A stretch of 64,000 nucleotides of DNA from IMG/VR virus record IMGVR_UViG_2875555210_000001; one strand, given 5' to 3'. The notes under the pieces were generated by a model. The model did not search any database. It was not told the DNA's origin and saw only the letters and a program-made list of their open reading frames with translations. Below are positions 40,651-47,225 of the stretch, piece after piece (the first letter of the stretch is position 1; each line of letters opens with the position of its first letter). The position numbers were made by a program, and so were the translations under genes. Origin of the DNA: a virus (lineage: Duplodnaviria > Caudoviricetes).

Positions 40651-40652
40651 CT

Positions 40653-40985
40653 ATGGCACCGATCTATGATCGACTCAATTCAGTCGCGCTATCTCTGCAT
40701 TTCGGATGCGACGAAGAAAGCACCGCAGCGAAGAATCAGCAGGACATCGCCGAAATGGCATACGACGTGATCAGAGACTTATGGGGTTACGACGTAAGCG
40801 ACGAACACGCCTTCATAAAGGCAATAATGGACACGTTCGACATGTATGGATACCCCGACCTTGAGTCACTTAAGGGTATATCTGAAATGTCGGCGCTGGA
40901 CATGGCCGATTACATCTTGCAACTGCTACCCACCGATGCGCTCACGCCGAAGCGGTCTGATACACTATGCGCCGCGCCCCTATAG
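40653..40985 (+). CDS. hypothetical protein
   Basis: 110 aa acidic ORF; its stop overlaps the 5' end of tRNA-Lys. Confidence 0.55.
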   Translation: MAPIYDRLNSVALSLHFGCDEESTAAKNQQDIAEMAYDVIRDLWGYDVSDEHAFIKAIMDTFDMYGYPDLESLKGISEMSALDMADYILQLLPTDALTPKRSDTLCAAPL

Positions 40986-41048
40986 CTCAGTTGGTAGAGC
41001 AGGAGACTTTTAATCTTCGGGTCCTAGGTTCGATCCCTAGTGGGGGCA
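40976..41048 (+). tRNA. tRNA-Lys(TTT)
   Basis: GCCCCTA/TGGGGGC acceptor, CT-TTT-AA loop, TTCGATC T-loop. Confidence 0.9.
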
Positions 41049-41051
41049 CCC

Positions 41052-41243
41052 ATGCAGCGCCCTAGAGGCCAATTCCTCATTACCCTCGTCGTCACAACAG
41101 ACCTGGACGAGTGGATAGAGGACTTTAAGCTAGTCGGCCCCTTATCCGCTAAGGCATTCATACGCGGACTCGCCGCCGAAGCGGTACAGCACGAAATCGA
41201 GAAGCACGGCTACAAGGCCACTATCGAACTTAAGCGGCCATAA
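41052..41243 (+). CDS. hypothetical protein
   Basis: 63 aa between two tRNAs. Confidence 0.5.
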   Translation: MQRPRGQFLITLVVTTDLDEWIEDFKLVGPLSAKAFIRGLAAEAVQHEIEKHGYKATIELKRP

Positions 41244-41245
41244 AG

Positions 41246-41318
41246 CTCCAACGGGTGGACTCGAACCACCAACCACGCGATTAACAGTCGCGCGCTCTGC
41301 CAATTGAGCTACGGAGGA
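41246..41318 (-). tRNA. tRNA-Asn(GTT), two acceptor mismatches
   Basis: TCCTCCG/CGTTGGA acceptor, CT-GTT-AA, TTCGAGT. Confidence 0.8.
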
Positions 41319-41324
41319 ATAAAC

Positions 41325-41465
41325 ATGTGGACCGTCTGGATGAAAGACGCCATAGACGACGACCGGATCGTGCTAAGCGACATAAGTCACTACCACGCGG
41401 ACCGGCTCATGCACAACCTGTTGGGCATCATGCCTGACGCCAATGTATGGATGGAGGAAGAATGA
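41325..41465 (+). CDS. small hypothetical protein
   Basis: GGAGGA RBS; MWTVWMKD..., 46 aa. Confidence 0.5.
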   Translation: MWTVWMKDAIDDDRIVLSDISHYHADRLMHNLLGIMPDANVWMEEE

Positions 41466-41611
41466 GCAGCAACCACGACCACGACGACATCGAACCCGGC
41501 TGGGCTGGCCTAGGCCGTTTCCTGTGGCCCGTAGGCGTCTACTTCAAGCTCAAGGGCTGGCTCATGAGCAAGGGCATCATCAAGCCCAACAACTGGGACG
41601 ATGGCCGCTAA
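41462..41611 (+). CDS. small hypothetical protein
   Basis: GGAGG RBS; ATGA overlap; 49 aa. Confidence 0.5.
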   Translation: MSSNHDHDDIEPGWAGLGRFLWPVGVYFKLKGWLMSKGIIKPNNWDDGR

Positions 41612-41687
41612 CTCATGGTGTCTTGCGATATGCCCTGCCTGCTTACGCACTTACCTAGTGCTGCCGGTAGGGCATACCTGCGAAACG

Positions 41688-41759
41688 AGCCGCCACCCAG
41701 AATCGAACTGGGATAAGTCGGATTTGCAGTCCGACGCCTAACCACTCAGCCATGACGGC
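41688..41759 (-). tRNA. tRNA-Cys(GCA)
   Basis: GCCGTCA/TGGCGGC acceptor, U73, CT-GCA-AA. Confidence 0.88.
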
Positions 41760-41760
41760 A

Positions 41761-42111
41761 CTACCGCTTCTTCCGGCGCTTACCCTCATAGTGCCGGAAG
41801 TTTGCGTTACTAAGCTCCTCCACCCTCACCCGAACATGACCCGACCACGGATCACGCTCAACCGCAGACTTCGGAACCTCCACAGCCACAACATTCTGGC
41901 CGTAACCCTCCTGGCCCTTAGCCGTCTTACTAAAGAACCCATACTGCGAGTTCTCATCCCGATAAGACTTATCCATGCCAGGCCGGAACTGAGGACGAAA
42001 CCCACCATCCACAATCGCGCGAGCCGCATCCGCAGAAGTCCGGTGATACAACGTCACCGTGGACGACCTGGCGCTCACCGGGCCACCGCCACCACCACCG
42101 CGACCGCCCAT
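41761..42111 (-). CDS. MGGRG-leader protein with ADP-ribosyltransferase-like motif
   Basis: GGGGG RBS just after the DUF4417 stop; MGGRGGGGGG then TLYHRTSADAARAIVDGGFRP. Confidence 0.7.
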   Translation of the reverse strand: MGGRGGGGGGPVSARSSTVTLYHRTSADAARAIVDGGFRPQFRPGMDKSYRDENSQYGFFSKTAKGQEGYGQNVVAVEVPKSAVERDPWSGHVRVRVEELSNANFRHYEGKRRKKR

Positions 42112-42121
42112 GTGGCACCCC

Positions 42122-42811
42122 CTAAGCGTTAACCGCCTTACGGCGCTCATCCCAGAACGTCGGGAACTCCCGCACAGGTGGCAGGTCCAAACCCTCCACA
42201 TGCACAAGCCGCCCGTAGCTAAGCAAAATCGCCGGCTCAAGGCGCTCGACCATCGCGGCCAGGCCCTCACGGAACAGCGCTTGATCCTCCGGCTTCGCCC
42301 GCACGCCGACCGCAGACACAGCCACAGGCCCGCCACGAGGCAGACCCTCGAAGCAGAAGTCGAACGTGTCTGAGCGTGCCCAGCAGGCCGTAGGAATGAC
42401 GTTCACGCCGTGGCTCTGCCAGTACGCGCCACACCAACGGGACCGGTACACGTTCCACAACTGCGCTGCACGCGGCATATCGCGCCACAAACTGAAATCT
42501 GGCGTCAGGGCACCGCCGACCGCTGTAACTCGCCCCAGCGTCCTCTCAGGGCTCGTAAACGCCGTCTCAAAACGGTAGTCGTCCAAAAAAAAGTGGATCG
42601 CCCCGTTCTCCCGAGCTGCACGCTCCCGCTGACGCGGCAGATGCCACGCCCCCAGGTAATCGGGCACCCAATCGCAACGCTCAAGATCAGGGAAACCAAA
42701 CGGATTGCTCGACGGGAAGATCGCACGCAGATTCAACGCGTCCATCTTCGCCGGAGCCTCCGACCAATACTTAGATGACCTCGTGCCGTAAAGGCTAAGC
42801 ACCTTAGACAC
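42122..42811 (-). CDS. DUF4417-like protein
   Basis: HFFLDDYRFE..TPDFSLWRDMP...WNVYRSRW.G.YWQ..GVNVIPT..W...FCFEGLP. Confidence 0.8.
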   Translation of the reverse strand: MSKVLSLYGTRSSKYWSEAPAKMDALNLRAIFPSSNPFGFPDLERCDWVPDYLGAWHLPRQRERAARENGAIHFFLDDYRFETAFTSPERTLGRVTAVGGALTPDFSLWRDMPRAAQLWNVYRSRWCGAYWQSHGVNVIPTACWARSDTFDFCFEGLPRGGPVAVSAVGVRAKPEDQALFREGLAAMVERLEPAILLSYGRLVHVEGLDLPPVREFPTFWDERRKAVNA

Positions 42812-42853
42812 GGACCACCCCCAAGTAAGTCAGCATGAGTACGTTTTCATGAG

Positions 42854-42942
42854 CGGAGAGCAGAGGGATCGAACCCCAAGCTCCATAACGGCTACCCGGC
42901 TTTCAAGGCCGGTCGCGGGCCACCCCCGCTGCATTACTCTCC
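42854..42942 (-). tRNA. tRNA-Ser(TGA), non-canonical fold
   Basis: CCGGC-CTTGAAA-GCCGG, long variable arm, G73, TTCGATC. Confidence 0.75.
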
Positions 42943-42943
42943 G

Positions 42944-43019
42944 TGGTACCCCGTACAGGACTTGAACCTGTGACCCGCCGATTAAGAGTCGGCTGCTCTA
43001 CCAACTGAGCTAACGAGGC
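42944..43019 (-). tRNA. tRNA-Lys(CTT)
   Basis: Canonical cloverleaf with encoded CCA. Confidence 0.92.
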
Positions 43020-43022
43020 AAG

Positions 43023-43089
43023 GCGTAGTCAATGCACCGCCACGCTTCCCCGTAGGGGGACAGGCCCGCCGCCTGGTCACCGACTACGC
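43023..43089 (-). ncRNA. putative structured small RNA inside tRNA cluster
   Basis: 9-bp closing stem GCGTAGTCG/TGACTACGC enclosing hairpins CAGGC/GCCTG and TCCCC/GGGGA. Confidence 0.4.
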
Positions 43090-43130
43090 ATAAGTGACCG
43101 CAGCTTTCAAAGTCCTAGCGATGCAAAGAG

Positions 43131-43204
43131 TGTGCTAGACAGGAATCGAACCCGCGAAATCCTGATTGGAAGTCAGGCACCCAGCCAACATGGGTTACTA
43201 GCAC
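43131..43204 (-). tRNA. tRNA-Gly(TCC), atypical identity elements
   Basis: GTGCTAG/CTAGCAC acceptor, A73, CT-TCC-AA. Confidence 0.8.
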
Positions 43205-43271
43205 GAGAGCTGGCAGTTGTTTAACGTCGCACCAGCAGACGAGTACAGCAGCTCCGTACGCGAGCCGCCCG

Positions 43272-43346
43272 CTGACCACCCCGGAATCGAACCTGGAACC
43301 TCCGGAGTCAGATTCCGGCGCAACTGCCTAATTGTGCTAGCGGTCA
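43272..43346 (-). tRNA. tRNA-Gln(CTG)
   Basis: TGACCGC/GTGGTCA (U1-A72), AT-CTG-AC loop. Confidence 0.82.
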
Positions 43347-43347
43347 A

Positions 43348-43421
43348 TGGCGACAGGCCGGGACTTGCACCCGAATCACCCGAGTCACAGTCGGGGGCTT
43401 TGCTACTTAAGCTACCTCGCG
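43348..43421 (-). tRNA. tRNA-His(GTG), degenerate
   Basis: CCCGA-CTGTGAC-TCGGG; T-loop TGCAAGT; imperfect acceptor. Confidence 0.6.
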
Positions 43422-43495
43422 TGGCCCCCGCGAGACTCGAACTCGCACTGACAGGTACCTAAAACCTGTGCCTCTGCCAATTGGGCTAGAGGGCC
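43422..43495 (-). tRNA. tRNA-Leu(TAG), short variable arm
   Basis: GGCCCTC/GGGGGCC acceptor, A73, TT-TAG-GT, 74 nt. Confidence 0.85.
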
Positions 43496-43508
43496 GATAA
43501 AATCTGCC

Positions 43509-43700
43509 TTACGTCAACCTGACACGGATGCCCCACACCGCTAAGCAGTGCTTGGGACCGGGTGGGTAGATCGTCAGCACGCGATCCCATTGCTCGCGGG
43601 TTAGGTGCAGGTAGCCGTCGTGATACGCGGGGTGATCAGGTACCCATGTCCACGGCTTCTCCAACTCGCCTGCGGCCACGATCTGGTCAACGATGTCCAT
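43509..43700 (-). CDS. hypothetical protein
   Basis: GGAGGA RBS; MDIVDQI... Confidence 0.55.
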   Translation of the reverse strand: MDIVDQIVAAGELEKPWTWVPDHPAYHDGYLHLTREQWDRVLTIYPPGPKHCLAVWGIRVRLT

Positions 43701-43725
43701 TCGTTCCTCCACCGCTAATTTCGCG

Positions 43726-43890
43726 CTACGTAAGGTAGTCCAGCCAGCCAGCCGGGAACGTGAACTCATGTCCGCACTCAAGCGCAACGGTAACGAGCCA
43801 GTCCCTATCCTCACGCAAAGCCTGACTAGTCACAGCTTTCAGGTCGTCGTCAGGACAGTCTGGGCAATGCTGCGACGGAAGCGTGTTCAT
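43726..43890 (-). CDS. small Zn-ribbon protein
   Basis: CPDC...CGH; 54 aa; not in the ORF track. Confidence 0.5.
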   Translation of the reverse strand: MNTLPSQHCPDCPDDDLKAVTSQALREDRDWLVTVALECGHEFTFPAGWLDYLT

Positions 43891-44246
43891 GGCTTTACCC
43901 CAACGTCCGACGCATGGCCCCCGCCCTCAGCGTTGCCATGCCACAGCCGACCAGGACGCACGTCCTCCTCGACATAAGGCGTGTCAGGGCTAATCAGCTC
44001 GCCACACACGCACTTAATCGGGTACTCGACCGGCTCAGGCTTCGTCGGAATCGCTGTAATCATCAATCCCTCATCAGCCAATGCGCTAAGGAGCGCCTGG
44101 CCTCGAGCAATGTTGTTCAGCCGATGAATGACCGCTACGACCTCCTGGTCGTAGATGCCGTACGCGGACTGGACCGGCGTCTCCCACGCGGCCATCATCG
44201 CAATGTGGCCGTACTTGGCTAGGGCGTCGTCTCTTGCTGCACTCAT
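43887..44246 (-). CDS. hypothetical protein
   Basis: ORF downstream of tRNA-Trp. Confidence 0.55.
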   Translation of the reverse strand: MSAARDDALAKYGHIAMMAAWETPVQSAYGIYDQEVVAVIHRLNNIARGQALLSALADEGLMITAIPTKPEPVEYPIKCVCGELISPDTPYVEEDVRPGRLWHGNAEGGGHASDVGVKP

Positions 44247-44279
44247 GAGCATCACCGTACACGGCATGTATGCCATTTG

Positions 44280-44352
44280 CAACCCGACCCCGACTTGAAC
44301 GGGGAACCTGCGGCTTTGGAGACCGCTGCTCTACCAATTGAGCTACCGAGCT
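44280..44352 (-). tRNA. tRNA-Trp(CCA)
   Basis: AGCTCGG/TCGGGTT acceptor, G73, CT-CCA-AA. Confidence 0.88.
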
Positions 44353-44560
44353 ATAGGGCTATACCGGAGACAGCGCCCAACCTGTTCATCTACGTGCATC
44401 ACCGCAACCAACACCAACCCCCATCGTGATGCCCGCTCTCCTAGCCGTTCAGTCGGTGGACTAACCGAAGGGGCCGCACGCCGTGAGGCGGGGTAATCCC
44501 TTTAAGCAGGTGCGGGACCGTATAATCTATCCCACCTTAAGCGGTTCGTAACCTGCATCG

Positions 44561-44634
44561 TCTGGCTGGCAGGATTTGAACCTGCAACCCCTGGCACCCA
44601 AAGCCAGCGCTCTACCAAATTGAGCTACAGCCAG
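44561..44634 (-). tRNA. tRNA-Pro(TGG)
   Basis: CTGGCTG/CAGCCAG acceptor, A73, TT-TGG-GT. Confidence 0.9.
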
Positions 44635-44698
44635 ATCGCATTGCCGGTTTGAGGATGCTCAACCCAGAGAGCATAGCCTTGGCAATGACTGTTGAAAC

Positions 44699-44851
44699 TT
44701 ACGCGTTACCGACCTTCGCGGGCTTCTTAGCCTGCTCAGGAATTTCGGCCTTAGGCCACGCCTTGCGGTCCCGAAGTTCCTGCACCCAACCAAGCTCATC
44801 CCGGCCAACCTGAATCGGATCAACCTCAACCGGATCAGAAATCAAACCCAC
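44699..44851 (-). CDS. small hypothetical protein
   Basis: GAGGAG RBS, GTG start, 50 aa. Confidence 0.55.
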   Translation of the reverse strand: MGLISDPVEVDPIQVGRDELGWVQELRDRKAWPKAEIPEQAKKPAKVGNA

Positions 44852-44870
44852 AATAATCTCCTCTATTTAG

Positions 44871-45116
44871 TTATACACGCGGAGGCCAATTCCAAAACCC
44901 CGCCTGCGGAACAGGTGACCACGGCACCCACTCATCAAAGAACAGTCCAGTCGGACTCAACACCGCCAATGACACCACCGCCGCATTACTGGACTCAGGG
45001 TCCACGTCAACCGCAGTAATGATTGCCGCACGCGGCACCAACGGATACTCACCCTCAGGCGTGCTATACGCCTGATAATGCACTACACGCCCAACCGTGG
45101 GCTTCTGCTCACTCAC
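44871..45116 (-). CDS. hypothetical protein
   Basis: KPTVGRVVHY..RAAIIT..WNWPPRV, a common phage family. Confidence 0.7.
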   Translation of the reverse strand: MSEQKPTVGRVVHYQAYSTPEGEYPLVPRAAIITAVDVDPESSNAAVVSLAVLSPTGLFFDEWVPWSPVPQAGFWNWPPRV

Positions 45117-45117
45117 G

Positions 45118-45190
45118 AGCCACCTAGCGGAGTCGAACCGCTGACCTGCGCGTTACGAAGGCGCTGCTCTACCAACTGAGCTAAGGTGGC
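45118..45190 (-). tRNA. tRNA-Thr(CGT)
   Basis: GCCACCT/AGGTGGC acceptor, TT-CGT-AA. Confidence 0.9.
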
Positions 45191-45197
45191 CTTACTG

Positions 45198-45383
45198 CTA
45201 CCCTTTCCAACGATTCTCAGTCGGCCAAGGATTGTTAATCTTCCGCTTTTTTATCCGCGACGGAACCGGGTTAGACGGCGGCGCAAGATCAGGTCGCTCG
45301 TTAATGCCCTCCGGCTCCCCACACACGCAGCAAGGATCGCACCAGTCATGGCCCGACGCGCAGCACTTAGCTTTGAACTCCAT
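45198..45383 (-). CDS. small Cys-rich protein
   Basis: CC..H.WC.PCCVC. Confidence 0.5.
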   Translation of the reverse strand: MEFKAKCCASGHDWCDPCCVCGEPEGINERPDLAPPSNPVPSRIKKRKINNPWPTENRWKG

Positions 45384-45675
45384 GAAGTCCCCCTAGCCTC
45401 AAGGGCGGGCCAGCAGTAATGCACAAAGCCCATGTCGTCTCGTATAACGACCTCGCCGCCTTCGTCATACGACAGCAGCTCACCCACCGCCGTAGCCAGC
45501 GGCTCACGGTTTAGCACCACCACCACCTGCTCACCCAGCAGGGACCGCATGTGATCAGTCCAGTTACTTTGGCGCACACTCGACATGAAACAGCTTCCCC
45601 CAACCACGCCCATACAGCTTATGGAAACGCTCAGTAGGAACGCTCTTGCCGCACGCCACGCAAGGCCGCTTGACC

Positions 45676-45930
45676 TTAGGCACGGCGCGACCATCCATCA
45701 GCTTCCATCTGGGCACGATGCGAACGCGCGTCGGCGTCGTCAAAGTTCACCGACACGCCCACTAGGTAGTGGCCCGGCTTAACCCACAGCTCAACATTCT
45801 CATTCGAGATATCAACACCAGCGTCATCGGCCACGAACTGCACAGACTCAAGCGACCGCTTCATGGCGCTGGGTGTCATATCGCTCTGGCAAGCGTGGTA
45901 AAAGAACTGCTTATCAGACGCACTCAGCAT
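45676..45930 (-). CDS. hypothetical protein
   Basis: GGGGAG RBS; MLSASDK... Confidence 0.5.
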   Translation of the reverse strand: MLSASDKQFFYHACQSDMTPSAMKRSLESVQFVADDAGVDISNENVELWVKPGHYLVGVSVNFDDADARSHRAQMEADGWSRRA

Positions 45931-46025
45931 GAAACAACTCCCCCGCGAACTCGACAACCTCATCGCCCAGCCGGATCGAATCATCACACGCCACACAACG
46001 CGCGAAAACCTCCGACGTGTAAACC

Positions 46026-46244
46026 TCACTCATTAGCGAGAATCGCCGCAACCTTCGGAGCCAACGTGAACGCATGGCCCCAATCGAGCAACTGCGAATA
46101 CGCCTCGTCCTCAAGCTCAGCGCCCCCCGGCCCCTGAGACAGGTCAACCGTATTCAGGGTGCCGTCACCGTCAATGTACTGAACGATGCGCAGCTCCCCG
46201 ACCATGATGTTGCCCTGGTCGTCGGGCGAAGAATTATCCGACAC
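46026..46244 (-). CDS. hypothetical protein
   Basis: GTG start overlapping the HNH stop. Confidence 0.55.
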   Translation of the reverse strand: MSDNSSPDDQGNIMVGELRIVQYIDGDGTLNTVDLSQGPGGAELEDEAYSQLLDWGHAFTLAPKVAAILANE

Positions 46245-46666
46245 TATGCGAACCAATCTCTCGAAGTCTTATTTCGAGGCTTAGCGTTTTTGCCGTCGCC
46301 AAGCTCCTGATTGCACTTCAAGTGCATAGGCTCAAGGTTCTTAGCAGACGCCAACAGTGGTGAATCCGGCGGCAACGACGCCACCGCGATCTTGTGGTTA
46401 GCGGACTTACCCCACGGATTGCTCTTGCGATAATGCTTAAGCTCCCGGCAATCAGGGCCACAGTCCAAAGGAATCAAGTGCGCCGTCTCCACCGTGTACT
46501 TGCTCGTATCCACGAACTGGCAGACCGGCTTAAGAGTTAGGTCAATCGCCTTACGGCAACTTGGGAGTGCGCAAATCTGAGACTGCCTCAGCACGCGGTT
46601 ACGCGCCCTAAGATAATCACGCTCAGTCTTGCCAGTCCCACCCTTCTTCCGCAGATTCCCCGGCAT
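46244..46666 (-). CDS. HNH-like endonuclease (probably packaging-associated)
   Basis: C...C, H.I, NLEPMHLKCN. Confidence 0.7.
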   Translation of the reverse strand: MPGNLRKKGGTGKTERDYLRARNRVLRQSQICALPSCRKAIDLTLKPVCQFVDTSKYTVETAHLIPLDCGPDCRELKHYRKSNPWGKSANHKIAVASLPPDSPLLASAKNLEPMHLKCNQELGDGKNAKPRNKTSRDWFA

Positions 46667-46877
46667 ACCGACATTCCCCCTTATCGTCGGGATCGCACCA
46701 CGAACAGTGCAACCCCGGCATCAAGCGGGCATGACAATCACAGTCGGTCAAACCCTCCGCTATGGCCTCCCCATGTCGACCCTTTCCACTCTTAAACTCC
46801 CGGTAACGGTTACGGTGCGGGACCGCCGCATTAGACCGGCGTAGCTCCTGCCGATACCTGGCTGCCGCCTTGCTCAC
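46623..46877 (-). CDS. hypothetical protein
   Basis: RRSNAAVPH motif plus Cys cluster. Confidence 0.45.
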   Translation of the reverse strand: MSKAAARYRQELRRSNAAVPHRNRYREFKSGKGRHGEAIAEGLTDCDCHARLMPGLHCSWCDPDDKGECRYAGESAEEGWDWQD

Positions 46878-47046
46878 GGTTCTTCTCCCAACACGAGTAA
46901 TGACCCTGCGGGCCGGACGGCTTACCGCAGAACGCGCAGTGCATACCGACACACTGCCAAGGCCCCTCCGGTGTCAGAGACATGACCCGGCAGCCGAAAT
47001 GCTCGCCGCCGGGCATGAACTCCGCATGGTCCGCGACCACGGTCAC
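46831..47046 (-). CDS. small Cys/His-rich protein
   Basis: HCAFC..GH..C. Confidence 0.5.
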   Translation of the reverse strand: MTVVADHAEFMPGGEHFGCRVMSLTPEGPWQCVGMHCAFCGKPSGPQGHYSCWEKNREQGGSQVSAGATPV

Positions 47047-47225
47047 TTAAGCCACCGCTTAGCCGCGCGATCCATATTCAGCTCCGACACGTTATTCGCC
47101 AACGTGCCCCGCCAATGACCGGGACCATCCACACCCTTAGGGGCAGGGACATACACCTGCTTATTGTCCAGCAGAGCGCCCACAATCACTTGGTGCAGCA
47201 TATTAGGCTGCGCTACAGGCTTCAT
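47043..47225 (-). CDS. hypothetical protein
   Basis: 60 aa, coupled to neighbours. Confidence 0.5.
   Translation of the reverse strand: MKPVAQPNMLHQVIVGALLDNKQVYVPAPKGVDGPGHWRGTLANNVSELNMDRAAKRWLK

Noticed and set aside
42112-42336. N-terminal extension of ORF 41761..42336 (similarly 36534..36578)
   Set aside because: It overlaps the DUF4417 gene (or a promoter); RBS-supported starts are at the MGGRG methionines.
42854-42942. Possible tRNA-Sec (TCA reads in the loop on the plus strand; extended stems)
   Set aside because: The T-loop GTTCGA and the discriminator are on the minus strand, where the anticodon is TGA (Ser). No sel genes were seen.
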